A stretch of DNA of 64,000 nt, taken from the IMG/VR virus record IMGVR_UViG_3300047551_001325, positions 9,535 to 73,534 of that record; one strand, 5' to 3'. The notes under the pieces were generated by a model. It saw only the letters and a program-made list of their open reading frames with translations. It made no database searches and was not told where the DNA came from. The position numbers and the translations under genes were made by a program. This stretch comes from a virus. Shown piece by piece: positions 46,780-56,660 of this stretch (position 1 is the stretch's first letter; every line of letters begins with the position of its first letter).

Positions 46780-48327
46780 ATGTTTACAGGATCACTATAC
46801 CCATATCAAGAGGAGTCTGTTGAGAAGATGCTCGACAGAGGTCAAGTACTACTTGGGTTGGTGATGGGTGCTGGTAAGACTGTTACAACCATCGCCGCAA
46901 TAGAGTCTTTGTTTGACGCTAACGAAATAGACCGTTGCCTAGTCGTAACACCAGCATCACTTAAATACCAGTGGAAACGAGAGATTGAACGTTTTACTAA
47001 CTCTCGTGTAACTGTAATTGACGGTACTGTAAAGGAACGAGAGCGGTGTTGGAAGTCAGCGTTATCGGCAAAATATGTAATTGTAAACCCCGAGTGTTTG
47101 ATTCGCGACCTGGTGCTATTTAAAAAAGTTGATTGTCAAGCCATAGTGGTAGACGAGGCAACAATGCTTAAATCTAGAGTCAGCAAACGCTCAAAGTTGG
47201 TAAAGAAAATTGCAAAGCCTATGCTCTATCGGTATGCCTTAACCGGTCAACCAATCGAAAACAAGCCAGAGGAATTGTTCTCAATTATGGAGTTTGTTGA
47301 CCCAAGTGTTCTTGGCGCGTTTACAGACTTTGATAGAACATTTATCGTACGAGATCATTGGGGCAAACCACTTAGGTATCGAAACCTTGCGGAACTTCAC
47401 AAGTCTTTGACGCATTGTATGATCAGAAAGACAAGAGAAGATATTGCAGATCAACTACCAGAGATTATCCATCAAGTAATACCTGTGCCATTTGACGAAG
47501 CTGGTGCTTCTTTGTACAGGTCTATATCAAAAGATTTGCTTTACCATCTACAACAAGCAATGTCTAAACACGGTGGATCTTTTAATCTATGGAAGCATTA
47601 CAACGACCCGGAATCAAACGAAGCTCAGGGTCAAATAATGTCTAGGTTAACTGTGCTAAGAATGTTATGTGATAATCCACAATTAGTAGTTAGATCTTCA
47701 GAAATCTACGCTGATCCAAAAAGGCCCGACGAGGGTAGCGCTTATGCTCATGATATATATTCTAGGGGGCTTATGTCTAAAGTTACAGCTGCTCCCAAAC
47801 TTGACGCTGTAGTGGAGTACATTCAGGAAGTCCTATCAGCTGACCCTAAAAACAAGGTTGTATTATTTTCTTTCTTTAAAGAAAACTTAAGACTAATACA
47901 ACAAGCAACCTCAAAGTTAACAAATAGTGTGTTGTTTATGGGAGGAATGAGCGCTGAAGAAAAGGATAAAGCCAAGCAGCTTTTTGGTAACGATGCAAAC
48001 ACTCGTTTGTTTTTATCCTCGGATGCCGGTGGGTACGGAGTAGACTTGCCAATGGCAAACTACTTAATATCATACGACCTACCATGGAGCAGCGGTAAGT
48101 TGGAACAGAGAGAAGCCAGAATCATTAGATTGTCTTCACAATTTCCTCACGTAACTATTGCAACTTTTGTTATGCAGGGTAGTATTGAAGAGAGACAGTA
48201 TGAGATGCTTCAACAAAAACGTTCAATCAACGAAGCGTTTGTTGATGGTAAGCACCATGATCATAAAGGTGGCTTTGACATAACGTTAGGGAGTCTCTCA
48301 AACTTCTTAAAACAATCACACGTATAG
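46780..48327 (+). CDS. SNF2-family helicase
   Basis: MGAGKT, VDEA, LTGQP, GYGVDL, EQREAR. Confidence 0.92.
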   Translation: MFTGSLYPYQEESVEKMLDRGQVLLGLVMGAGKTVTTIAAIESLFDANEIDRCLVVTPASLKYQWKREIERFTNSRVTVIDGTVKERERCWKSALSAKYVIVNPECLIRDLVLFKKVDCQAIVVDEATMLKSRVSKRSKLVKKIAKPMLYRYALTGQPIENKPEELFSIMEFVDPSVLGAFTDFDRTFIVRDHWGKPLRYRNLAELHKSLTHCMIRKTREDIADQLPEIIHQVIPVPFDEAGASLYRSISKDLLYHLQQAMSKHGGSFNLWKHYNDPESNEAQGQIMSRLTVLRMLCDNPQLVVRSSEIYADPKRPDEGSAYAHDIYSRGLMSKVTAAPKLDAVVEYIQEVLSADPKNKVVLFSFFKENLRLIQQATSKLTNSVLFMGGMSAEEKDKAKQLFGNDANTRLFLSSDAGGYGVDLPMANYLISYDLPWSSGKLEQREARIIRLSSQFPHVTIATFVMQGSIEERQYEMLQQKRSINEAFVDGKHHDHKGGFDITLGSLSNFLKQSHV

Positions 48328-48334
48328 GAGAACC

Positions 48335-48775
48335 ATGGAAAAGGTTGTTGAAATTGCACGTAAATACCCAGAGCAAGAGTTAGCTCTGATCAGCAAAGAG
48401 TACAATGATCTAAAGAGTTTGATTGATAAGTACCAAACAAGACTTGATCAGCTTAAGAAAGAGTTGAACCAACAAGCAGACCTTTTTGGAGATGAAGACG
48501 ACAAAGGCCACAAGTGGCTTAGAGCTGGCAATTTTCAAATAAAAAGAGAACGTAGAGTTTCTGTAAACCTTGATGTTAATGGCGCAGAAGTTTGGGCAAA
48601 AGATAACAACATCTGGGATGACATATCAGAAGTAGTGCGTGTCCTTGATGAAGACAAACTACTAGGCAAAGTTTGGGAAAATCCTGAACTAAAGCCGGCA
48701 CTAGACAACCTGTATGTAAAGAAAGAAACCTGGGCGTTTAAGCTTTCAGAAAGCAAGAGCTATGACGACGAATGA
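48335..48775 (+). CDS. Hypothetical coiled-coil phage protein
   Basis: AGGAG SD; DDKGHKW. Confidence 0.7.
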   Translation: MEKVVEIARKYPEQELALISKEYNDLKSLIDKYQTRLDQLKKELNQQADLFGDEDDKGHKWLRAGNFQIKRERRVSVNLDVNGAEVWAKDNNIWDDISEVVRVLDEDKLLGKVWENPELKPALDNLYVKKETWAFKLSESKSYDDE

Positions 48776-48935
48776 CATTTACAACTGGTTAAAAGATCAC
48801 GCAGTAGTACACACTGGATCTGGTGATACCTACGATGTAGTAAGGTTTAAAGAAGCAATCTCTTTGATTGAGTTCTTAATGGAAGAACGTGATTATTGGA
48901 AGAACGCATACATGGAGGCAACTAGTGCCCCGTGA
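48762..48935 (+). CDS. Small hypothetical protein (57 aa), not in ORF track
   Basis: MTTNDIYNWLKDHAVVHTG...; overlaps both neighbours and fills the gap. Confidence 0.6.
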   Translation: MTTNDIYNWLKDHAVVHTGSGDTYDVVRFKEAISLIEFLMEERDYWKNAYMEATSAP

Positions 48936-49359
48936 TCCTCTTGACCTATTTAACGACCTTCCTGATTTCCCTGGAAAAACACCACCTAAAAACCGTTCTA
49001 TAAAAAAGTCAGATAATAGGCTTGAGGATAGATTCAACGGAGCAAAAGGTAAGGTCTTTAGGATAGGTGGAGAAGAGCGTATGTTCTTCTCAGTAGGAGA
49101 ACTTGCTAAATGCTTGAATCGTAAACCAGTAACTATTAGGATGTGGGAGCAACAAGGGTGGATACCAAAAGCCACCTACAGAACACCAACACCCAAAGGC
49201 GAACAAATTCCTGGAAAAACTTTAAAAGGTCGTAGACTTTACAGTTTGGAACAGGTAGAGTTCTTGATGGATGCCCTAGAGCATTTCAAGATAGACGATC
49301 CCAACAAGGCCAATTGGGATGGTTTTAGAAAACACATAAAAAACAAGTGGCCCAACTAA
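48925..49359 (+). CDS. MerR-like HTH DNA-binding protein
   Basis: FSVGELAKCL.RKPVTIRMWEQQGWIP..RRLYS; GGAGG plus GTG start. Confidence 0.8.
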   Translation: MPRDPLDLFNDLPDFPGKTPPKNRSIKKSDNRLEDRFNGAKGKVFRIGGEERMFFSVGELAKCLNRKPVTIRMWEQQGWIPKATYRTPTPKGEQIPGKTLKGRRLYSLEQVEFLMDALEHFKIDDPNKANWDGFRKHIKNKWPN

Positions 49360-49378
49360 CAAAAGAAAAGAGAAAAAC

Positions 49379-50074
49379 ATGTCAAGATACGATGATGACG
49401 AAACAGAAATGATGGACGAGGAAGCTGCAGCGCCGCGTCGGCGTCTGACGGTAGTAGAGGATGAAGAAACGCCGGCCCCGGTTGCTGCTTCAAACTCAAT
49501 CCGTAGAGGATGGGGTGCGGTTGAGCAGGCAAAATCTGCAGACTCTCCTTACGCACAACGTCTTCGTGTTAGCGAAGACCCAATCATCATCAAGTTTCTT
49601 GAAGATGAGCCCTATGCAACATACAGACAGCATTGGATTGAACGAACCGGACAGAAGTCATTTACCTGCATTGCAGACCTAGACCCAAAGGGTTGCCCAC
49701 TGTGTGATGCTGGTAGTCGGCCTTCAACTAGATTTGCGTTCAATGTTGTTTTGTTGTCTCCCGACTCAGAACCAGTGTTGAAGTCCTACGAAGTAGGTCC
49801 TCGCGTCATTGACCAGCTCAAGAACTTCCACATCGACCCACGTCAGGGTCCTTTGTCAAAGCACTTCTGGGCAGTAAGTCGCTCCGGTAAGGGAGCTACC
49901 TCGGCAACCAACCACCAACTGGTCAAGGAGCGTGACTTGGAAGAATGGAATATTGATGTGCTTGATGAAGCAGACTTCAAAGTTCTTCGCAAGTCGGTGT
50001 ACACCTCAGATATCATTCAGATACCCGTCCGTAAGGACTTGATCCAAATCGCATTGGAAGACCTGTCTGACTGA
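49379..50074 (+). CDS. ssDNA-binding protein (T4 gp32-like)
   Basis: IKFL..QHW..FTC..CPLC..FAFNV; precedes the polymerase. Confidence 0.75.
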   Translation: MSRYDDDETEMMDEEAAAPRRRLTVVEDEETPAPVAASNSIRRGWGAVEQAKSADSPYAQRLRVSEDPIIIKFLEDEPYATYRQHWIERTGQKSFTCIADLDPKGCPLCDAGSRPSTRFAFNVVLLSPDSEPVLKSYEVGPRVIDQLKNFHIDPRQGPLSKHFWAVSRSGKGATSATNHQLVKERDLEEWNIDVLDEADFKVLRKSVYTSDIIQIPVRKDLIQIALEDLSD

Positions 50075-50075
50075 G

Positions 50076-52163
50076 ATGACAAACCTAACGAACGACGTGG
50101 GGGGTCTTATGGCCCCCCACGTGGTGTCTTCAATAGAAGAACTACACGAGATAGTCCAACACATACAAAGTGTTGGAGCTTTTGCTTTTGACGTAGAAAC
50201 ACGTGGCAACGTTGAACGTCACAGTGATGTGCTTGCGTGGATTGAACAAGAGTGGAAGCAACACGAAAGCACTTTAAAAACAACTTCCGAAGAAGTCTTA
50301 GCTAGATCAAAAGAGGCCATCATCTTAAGATGGCAAAACACCTTGGCCCTTGATCCAATGCGAAACGAAGTGTTTTGGATAGGCATAGCAACGGAAGGAA
50401 AATCATGGGCTATCCCAATGGGTCATCCAAATGGGGAAATCCTTGTACCCGAAGAGCGTGGAGATGGAACAACCGTACCTCCCCCTGGGTATCGCAAACT
50501 TTTAGCAAATGGCAAAGAATCTCTAGCAAAAGCTAGGTACTATATACCAGCACAGTACTCAGAAGCCCCAGAGCAACTATCACGCACCGATGTGTTTCAA
50601 GCTCTAGAACCCCTGTTCTTTAGTGATCTGGTTAAGGTGGGGCACAACATCAAGTTCGATGCTAGGTCAATACGTAAGTATTACAATGACTGTCTGCCGC
50701 ACGGGCCGTTTGTAGACACGATGATCATTCAACACATTCTCAACGAGAACTTGCTTGAATACAGTCTTGACAAACTTATTGCCCATAACTTTGGTGGCTT
50801 TAATCCTTACTACATGGATGGAAAAATAGGAGCCATAATTACTCAGGTTCCATTCTCCAAAGCAGTTAGGTATGTGCATCTAGACGTTAAGTGGACTTGG
50901 CATTTGTACAAACTTCTTTGGCAGAAGATTCAAAACAAGGAAGAACTGTTGTCATGTCTACGTCAAGACATGGATGTAATCCGTGTTCTAATGGACATGG
51001 AGGACACAGGCATACCCGTAGACCATAGGTCTATGACAAAACTTGGCAAAGAACTAGACACACATCTAAACGAACTTCTTCTACAAATGATGGATTACGC
51101 ACCACCTGGTTTTAATCCAGATAGTCCAAAGCACAAACAACAGTTACTGTTTAGTGGCAAACGTGAGGGCGGGTTAGGCCTAAAGCCAACTAAATATACT
51201 GAAAAAGGTTCAGCATCAGTTGATGAGGAAGCTTTGCGCAACTTAGAAAACAAACATCCTGTAGTACCATTATTACTTGATTGGGCAGAAACAAAGAAAA
51301 CAAAGTCTACTTATGTAGACGGTCTACTTACTAAACTGCACAAAGGTTCTCTTCATCCATCTTTTCACCTACACAGAACTGCTACTGGAAGACTTTCATC
51401 TAGTAACCCAAACTTGCAAAACATTCCAAGAGACAGCAGCGTACGAGGACTGTTTGTAGCCCATCCTGGTTATGTTCTCCTTGTAGCTGACTATGACCAG
51501 ATTGAATTGCGTGTTATGTGCATGTTCTCTGGAGACAAGAAGATGAGTGAGTTCTTCCTTAACAACGAAGATATTCATGCTGGAGCAGCGGCTTTGATCT
51601 TAGGCAAAGATGTGTCTGAGATTACACCAGAAGAACGTCAGCTTGGTAAAGGTGTCAACTTCTTGACAGCGTATGGTGGTGGTCCACAAAAACTTGCCAG
51701 AACTACCGGAGTAGACGTTGAGCATGCCCGTTCAGTAATTGACCAGTATTACAAACAGTTTTCTGGAATTACAAAATGGAAAAAGAGTGTAATAGAATCG
51801 GGTATCAAGAATGGTTACGTTGAAACTATCTCCGGTAGACGCCGGCGTTTACCCGATCTACGGTCAGACGACAACTCCCTAAAATCTAGGGCAGAGCGCC
51901 AAGCAGTCAACGCTGTAGTTCAAGGGTCTGCCGCTGATATTTGTAAAAAAGCTATGATCGATGTAAACGCTCTTTTGCAAGACACAGGAGCCAAAATCCT
52001 GGTACAGGTGCATGACGAATTGGTGGCCATGGTTCCTGAGGACTTGGTAGACGAGCTACAGCCCAAGTTTATTATGTCCATGGGAGATGGTAATATTATT
52101 AATGGTATTCCATTAAAAGTTTCATGCCACTCAGCCTATAATTGGTCGGAGGCGAAAGGGTAA
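50076..52163 (+). CDS. polA: DNA polymerase family A with 3'-5' exonuclease
   Basis: FDVET, HNIKFD, TGRLSSSNPNLQNIP, ADYDQIELR, K.VNF..AYG, QVHDE. Confidence 0.95.
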   Translation: MTNLTNDVGGLMAPHVVSSIEELHEIVQHIQSVGAFAFDVETRGNVERHSDVLAWIEQEWKQHESTLKTTSEEVLARSKEAIILRWQNTLALDPMRNEVFWIGIATEGKSWAIPMGHPNGEILVPEERGDGTTVPPPGYRKLLANGKESLAKARYYIPAQYSEAPEQLSRTDVFQALEPLFFSDLVKVGHNIKFDARSIRKYYNDCLPHGPFVDTMIIQHILNENLLEYSLDKLIAHNFGGFNPYYMDGKIGAIITQVPFSKAVRYVHLDVKWTWHLYKLLWQKIQNKEELLSCLRQDMDVIRVLMDMEDTGIPVDHRSMTKLGKELDTHLNELLLQMMDYAPPGFNPDSPKHKQQLLFSGKREGGLGLKPTKYTEKGSASVDEEALRNLENKHPVVPLLLDWAETKKTKSTYVDGLLTKLHKGSLHPSFHLHRTATGRLSSSNPNLQNIPRDSSVRGLFVAHPGYVLLVADYDQIELRVMCMFSGDKKMSEFFLNNEDIHAGAAALILGKDVSEITPEERQLGKGVNFLTAYGGGPQKLARTTGVDVEHARSVIDQYYKQFSGITKWKKSVIESGIKNGYVETISGRRRRLPDLRSDDNSLKSRAERQAVNAVVQGSAADICKKAMIDVNALLQDTGAKILVQVHDELVAMVPEDLVDELQPKFIMSMGDGNIINGIPLKVSCHSAYNWSEAKG
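50095..50122 (+). promoter_or_regulatory. Strong 12-bp hairpin at the 5' end of the polymerase gene
   Basis: ACGTGGGGGGTC-ttat-GGCCCCCCACGT. Confidence 0.55.
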
Positions 52164-52621
52164 TGATGTCCTCAAGTCCAGTAGAAGAGCGCAATTTTTA
52201 TCTAACCCTTTCTATATTAGAAGGGCAGAAACTTGCTCATGCGGCTGGGTTTTCTGTGCCATCTGCCGATGTCCAGGAACACGAGATTATGGACATTATG
52301 CAAAAGTGGTTTACATTGTCCCATGCTGGAATACTAGATAGTGTAAAAGAATGTGCTAACTGGATGATTAATGTAATCAAAGATACAAATGATCTAGATG
52401 ACGAAAGTTTGGCCGCAACCGAAAACATCATAACTGCATTTGGTATAGCTGCCATATCTCATTTGATTGACCAAGAGATGTTGAGCATACTAGAACCAGA
52501 AAACTATGACCCATCATTAGTTGAAACTAATATTGTGTCCTTGCTAGGCTTTATGCTATCGTCATCACTATCAGATGACGACGAGTTAGATCTAGAGGAT
52601 GGTGAAGAAGATGAGCAGTGA
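52163..52621 (+). CDS. Hypothetical acidic protein
   Basis: TAATG coupling to polA. Confidence 0.7.
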   Translation: MMSSSPVEERNFYLTLSILEGQKLAHAAGFSVPSADVQEHEIMDIMQKWFTLSHAGILDSVKECANWMINVIKDTNDLDDESLAATENIITAFGIAAISHLIDQEMLSILEPENYDPSLVETNIVSLLGFMLSSSLSDDDELDLEDGEEDEQ

Positions 52622-53021
52622 TTGGTGGTCAAAACGTTTAAGTAGCAATCAACCTGCTGCCTCTAGACCTACTACAACATCTATGCCACCAGTGACACCA
52701 CCCATACGCATACCATCAGGGTTGGTTCACTCAAATCCACAACCTTATCAAGACACGACTATCCCCCAACAACACAATCCTAATGAACCCATAACTATGG
52801 GAGAAGCCCTCAGACAACCCCACCTATGGGAAGGTCGTGGAGAAGCTGCTAAAAAACAAGGCAACCTAACTTGCCCAGACTGTGGTAGTGGTAACGTTTT
52901 TGTGCGCACAGCAAAAGGTGGGAATACAACAATCAACGGAAACAGCCCAGCTCCACGATGCTTTGAATGCGGTTGGAATGGGATGTACGACCAAGCCTCC
53001 CAATCTTCTTGGGGAGTATAA
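52611..53021 (+). CDS. Zn-ribbon protein with Pro-rich N-terminus
   Basis: CPDCGSGN...RCFECGW. Confidence 0.7.
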   Translation: MSSDWWSKRLSSNQPAASRPTTTSMPPVTPPIRIPSGLVHSNPQPYQDTTIPQQHNPNEPITMGEALRQPHLWEGRGEAAKKQGNLTCPDCGSGNVFVRTAKGGNTTINGNSPAPRCFECGWNGMYDQASQSSWGV

Positions 53022-53035
53022 CAACAAGGAAAACA

Positions 53036-54055
53036 ATGAAAAGTGAAACTAGCCGTGAGAGCCTTGAATCAATCATCTCTTCTATCAACAAGAAGTACGG
53101 TGAGAATGTAATAGTACAAGGTAACCAAGTAAAAGAAGAAGTACCACGCATTACTACTGGTGTGTTGGCGTTTGATTTAATGCTTGGTGGAGGGTGGCCC
53201 ATGAACCAATGGTCTGAAATCATTGGTGATGAATCATCCGGTAAAACAGCTCTTGCATACAAGACTATTGCAGCAAACCAAGCCGCTGACCCAGAGTGGG
53301 TAGCAATGTGGATTGCTGCTGAAGAGTTTGTTCCAGACTACGCTAAGGCGATTGGTGTTGACCTTGATCGTCTGTGGGTAGTTGAGACCAATGTTATGGA
53401 ACAGGTCTACGATCTAATTCTACGAGCTATGGAAAATAGGGCTGTTGATTGTATAGTTCTTGATTCACTCCCAGCCTTAGTACCTGGTGATGAAGCTGAG
53501 AAGATGATGGATGAGTTCTCCATGGGTCTTGGGGCCAGACTTACTGGTAAGTTCTTCCGCAAGAGCAGCAAGGCTCAGAAGCGTTCATTGATTAATGACG
53601 ACCGTGGGTGTACCGGGTTGATCATCAATCAGTGGCGTGAAAAGATTGGTGTTATGTATGGTGACCCCAGAACCACACCAGGTGGTAAAGCTAAAAACTT
53701 CCACTACTTCGTTAGACTAGAAGTAAAGAGAGATGAATGGTTGAAGTTTAAAGACGAACCAGTTGGTCAAACCATCAAAGCTCGTACAATGAAGAACAAG
53801 ACATACAGACCACAACAGGTTGCTGTTGTTGACTTTTACTTTGCTGATTGCCAATCATTTAAACTTGGTGACTTTGACGTTATCAAAGACATAGTAAACA
53901 TCTGTATTGCAACAGACATAATTACAAGAGCTGGTGCCTACTACAACTACAAAGACCAAAAGTGGCAAGGAAAAGATGCCCTATTGCTTGGTGTTCGTGA
54001 AGATCTAGAGTTACAATCAGAGCTCAAAGAGAAAGCAAAGGAGTATTTCCTATGA
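53036..54055 (+). CDS. recA: RecA-like recombinase
   Basis: GDESSGKT, VLDSL, INQWREKIGVMYGDP.TTPGG. Confidence 0.93.
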   Translation: MKSETSRESLESIISSINKKYGENVIVQGNQVKEEVPRITTGVLAFDLMLGGGWPMNQWSEIIGDESSGKTALAYKTIAANQAADPEWVAMWIAAEEFVPDYAKAIGVDLDRLWVVETNVMEQVYDLILRAMENRAVDCIVLDSLPALVPGDEAEKMMDEFSMGLGARLTGKFFRKSSKAQKRSLINDDRGCTGLIINQWREKIGVMYGDPRTTPGGKAKNFHYFVRLEVKRDEWLKFKDEPVGQTIKARTMKNKTYRPQQVAVVDFYFADCQSFKLGDFDVIKDIVNICIATDIITRAGAYYNYKDQKWQGKDALLLGVREDLELQSELKEKAKEYFL

Positions 54056-54387
54056 TATTTGGTAGAGAAGAAAAGCAGAGCATAATGAAGGCTTCAAAAA
54101 AGCAGGAAAAGCGCTCAGCAAAAATCTATAAGGGTAGCCGTAATGCTGGTTCAGGTTCTGGTTGGTTGCGTAAGAATGATGTACGTACCCATGAACTACT
54201 AATTGAGAATAAACTTACAAACAACCTAAAGTCTTACTCAATCAAAGCCAGTGAGCTTGTGGACTTAACACAACGAGGTGTATTGGAAGATCGCTTGCCG
54301 GTAATGCAGTTTGACTTGGGTGGAAAGCACTATGTCATTCTCAACGAAGCTGACTTTCAAATGCTTATAGGAGTAGACGGGAACTGA
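54052..54387 (+). CDS. PD-(D/E)XK nuclease / Holliday junction resolvase
   Basis: QEKR..GSGSG..KNDV...IENK. Confidence 0.75.
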   Translation: MIFGREEKQSIMKASKKQEKRSAKIYKGSRNAGSGSGWLRKNDVRTHELLIENKLTNNLKSYSIKASELVDLTQRGVLEDRLPVMQFDLGGKHYVILNEADFQMLIGVDGN

Positions 54388-54389
54388 CC

Positions 54390-55259
54390 GTGACAGACAC
54401 TCCTTGGTACGCCAAGACTTACAAAGAATCAATTAAGTCCAAAGGCCGGATACTTCCAGTAATACAAGAACGTCTTATTGCCAGTAACCGCGAAAGAAAC
54501 AAGCACAGAGATACTGACCATCTACACCCATCGGAGCTGTCAAAGAAAGACTGGTGCGCCAGAGCAGCTTGGTATAAAATTAATAAGTATCCAGCCTCAG
54601 ATGAGTCATATAATATGACTAGGTTAAATGTGTTTGAGGAGGGCCATGCAATTCATGCAAAATGGCAAAGATGGATGCACCAAGCTGGTGTACTGGCTGG
54701 TAAGTGGGAATGCACGTCGTGCAATGAAGTATGGTATGGGGTTTCTCCTAGCACTTGCCACCAGTGTGGTTCTACTAATGTCGTTTATAGGGAGGTACCT
54801 GTACGTGACGATGGGTTTCGCATACTCGGTCACGCGGATGGAGAACTGGTTGATGGAGAAGGCAAAGCCCTTATTGAAATAAAGAGCGTTGGCCTAGGTA
54901 CAGTTAGATGGGATCACCCAAACCTTTACAAAGCGTACTCAAGTGGAGAACTTACACTTGATGGTTTATGGAAGAACATAAAAAAACCATTTGCTTCACA
55001 TGTTCGTCAAGGGCATATCTACATGCACTGCACTGGGCACGATAAGATTATCTTTATATACGAGTGGAAGCCAACTCAAGAAGTAAAGGAATTTACAGTT
55101 ACCTTTCAAGAAGAAATTATGCAGCCAATTCTTGACAACTGTAGTAAGGTTATTGCACACTTAGAAAGCAACACAGAACCAGAACATCCGGATTGGGCTA
55201 CAGACAGCAAGGCCAACGGGTGTAAGTACTGCCCATACAAAAAGGTTTGTTGGAAATGA
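54390..55259 (+). CDS. Cas4-like PD-(D/E)XK exonuclease with inserted Zn ribbon
   Basis: HPS..WCAR, G.AIH, GHADG, IEIKS, Q..IYM, CKYCPYKKVC; CTSC/CHQC. Confidence 0.85.
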   Translation: MTDTPWYAKTYKESIKSKGRILPVIQERLIASNRERNKHRDTDHLHPSELSKKDWCARAAWYKINKYPASDESYNMTRLNVFEEGHAIHAKWQRWMHQAGVLAGKWECTSCNEVWYGVSPSTCHQCGSTNVVYREVPVRDDGFRILGHADGELVDGEGKALIEIKSVGLGTVRWDHPNLYKAYSSGELTLDGLWKNIKKPFASHVRQGHIYMHCTGHDKIIFIYEWKPTQEVKEFTVTFQEEIMQPILDNCSKVIAHLESNTEPEHPDWATDSKANGCKYCPYKKVCWK

Positions 55260-55750
55260 GAGTAATACCAAAAGACGATGGAGACCCAGCTCTTACTAAA
55301 TTTAGGAGTAAGTTTTCGTTGCCAACAAGACCGTCGGATAGCCCACCAGAACTACCTGACCACCTGGACGACCTTGACGATAGTTCCCTTATGGATTTGT
55401 ACACTGAGTTTATGTCCTGGGTGTCATACACTAAAGGACAGCTAGTACAGGCTGAGATTGATGAGGACAGAGACGGCAACTTGTGCCGCATCACAGAAGC
55501 CAAGGTGCTCATTGAACAATGGGGTTCAGATGTAAAAGGTGATAGAGTTACGATTGCCAAAGCCCGTAGAGATACAGACCCACGAGTCGTAGCTCAGCAA
55601 GAAAAATACCAAGTGTCTAGAGCTTATAGAAAGCTAGTAGAAGCTGTATTTGAATCATGTGAGAGAGGGGCTCAACTTCTTTCAAGAGAACTTAGTAGGC
55701 GTATAGGTTTAAACAGTAAAGAACAACGTACATCTAGATTTGGAGCATAA
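55256..55750 (+). CDS. Helical phage protein (UvsY-like by position and pattern)
   Basis: Coiled-coil ending LSRELSRR within the recombination block. Confidence 0.5.
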   Translation: MRVIPKDDGDPALTKFRSKFSLPTRPSDSPPELPDHLDDLDDSSLMDLYTEFMSWVSYTKGQLVQAEIDEDRDGNLCRITEAKVLIEQWGSDVKGDRVTIAKARRDTDPRVVAQQEKYQVSRAYRKLVEAVFESCERGAQLLSRELSRRIGLNSKEQRTSRFGA

Positions 55751-55752
55751 CT

Positions 55753-55914
55753 ATGAACACTAACGAATGGGCAGACAAGGCCAACGCTCGACTAGCGTCT
55801 CAGTCCGATGCGTATCGTTCTACCACAGAACCACTTAACCGAATTAACGACACTCTTAAAGAGATCAAAGCCTTGCTGATCGAAATTAGAAATATCTTTA
55901 GAGATGACAAATAG
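55753..55914 (+). CDS. Small coiled-coil protein (53 aa), not in ORF track
   Basis: GGAG SD; MNTNEWADKANARL...EIKALLIEIRNIFRDDK. Confidence 0.65.
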   Translation: MNTNEWADKANARLASQSDAYRSTTEPLNRINDTLKEIKALLIEIRNIFRDDK

Positions 55915-56269
55915 AGCAAAACAAAAAGGAACTTCGTTTGAAACATCTATCAAACGTTATTTAAACAGCAACGGGTTCCTTAAAGCTTCTCGTACAGTGC
56001 TCAAGGGCAGTGAAGACACCGGAGATATCAACGGCATACGCAATAACCTAGCCGAAAGAGAACTTGCCATACAGTGTAAAAACCAACGTAAGTTAAACTT
56101 AAGCGGGTGGTTAGACGCTACTGTTGAACAGGCAGCAAAACTAGGAAAAGCTTTGCCAGCCTTAGTTGTTAAACGGGCTGGTAAAGGGGAAAAAGCACTA
56201 GGTGATACCTACGTTGTGATGCGGTTAGATGACTTTGTTACTCTGCTGAAAGAGGGCGGTTACTCCTAA
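55904..56269 (+). CDS. Holliday junction resolvase (Hjc-like)
   Basis: KQKGTSFE, DTGDI, IQCKN. Confidence 0.8.
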   Translation: MTNRAKQKGTSFETSIKRYLNSNGFLKASRTVLKGSEDTGDINGIRNNLAERELAIQCKNQRKLNLSGWLDATVEQAAKLGKALPALVVKRAGKGEKALGDTYVVMRLDDFVTLLKEGGYS

Positions 56270-56313
56270 AATTATAAGGTTGATAACAACCTTTTAAACA
56301 TACGGAGTAAACT

Positions 56314-56595
56314 ATGTCTCAAGAACCAGTAGATGATATTGTTAAAGTATCAGGTGGGAGTAATCCACAAAGCGTTGGATCGATTGTAGCCAGGTCAGTA
56401 ATTGCCGGCCAATCTCCAAAGATGCGCGCAATAGGTGCTAGTGCAGTCAACCAAGCTGTTAAAGCTTGCGCTATCGCACGAGGTTTTGTAGCACCAAGAG
56501 GTGTTGACCTGTGCTTTATTATCGGGTTTGATGACATCCCTGGTGACAACGGAGAAACCATTTCTGCGATTTCTTTTAAACCAGTTACTCGGTAA
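56314..56595 (+). CDS. spoVS: SpoVS family protein (Alba-like)
   Basis: KVS..SNP.SV.S.., AIGASAVNQAVKA.AIARGFVAP.G.DL...F. Confidence 0.92.
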   Translation: MSQEPVDDIVKVSGGSNPQSVGSIVARSVIAGQSPKMRAIGASAVNQAVKACAIARGFVAPRGVDLCFIIGFDDIPGDNGETISAISFKPVTR

Positions 56596-56660
56596 TAAAC
56601 ACCACTATAAAGTGGTAATATTATAAGTATTACCCCTTGCTACTTTGGAGTTAACTGACG

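Noticed and set aside
44639-54055. Inteins or introns in DnaB, PolA or RecA
   Set aside because: Lengths are normal and no splice or homing-endonuclease motifs were seen
54390-55259. CRISPR-Cas system
   Set aside because: Solo Cas4-like nuclease in a recombination block; no array or other cas genes
56314-56595. Spore-forming Firmicutes host inferred from spoVS
   Set aside because: SpoVS also occurs in non-sporulating bacteria; other clues point to Actinobacteria; host unproven
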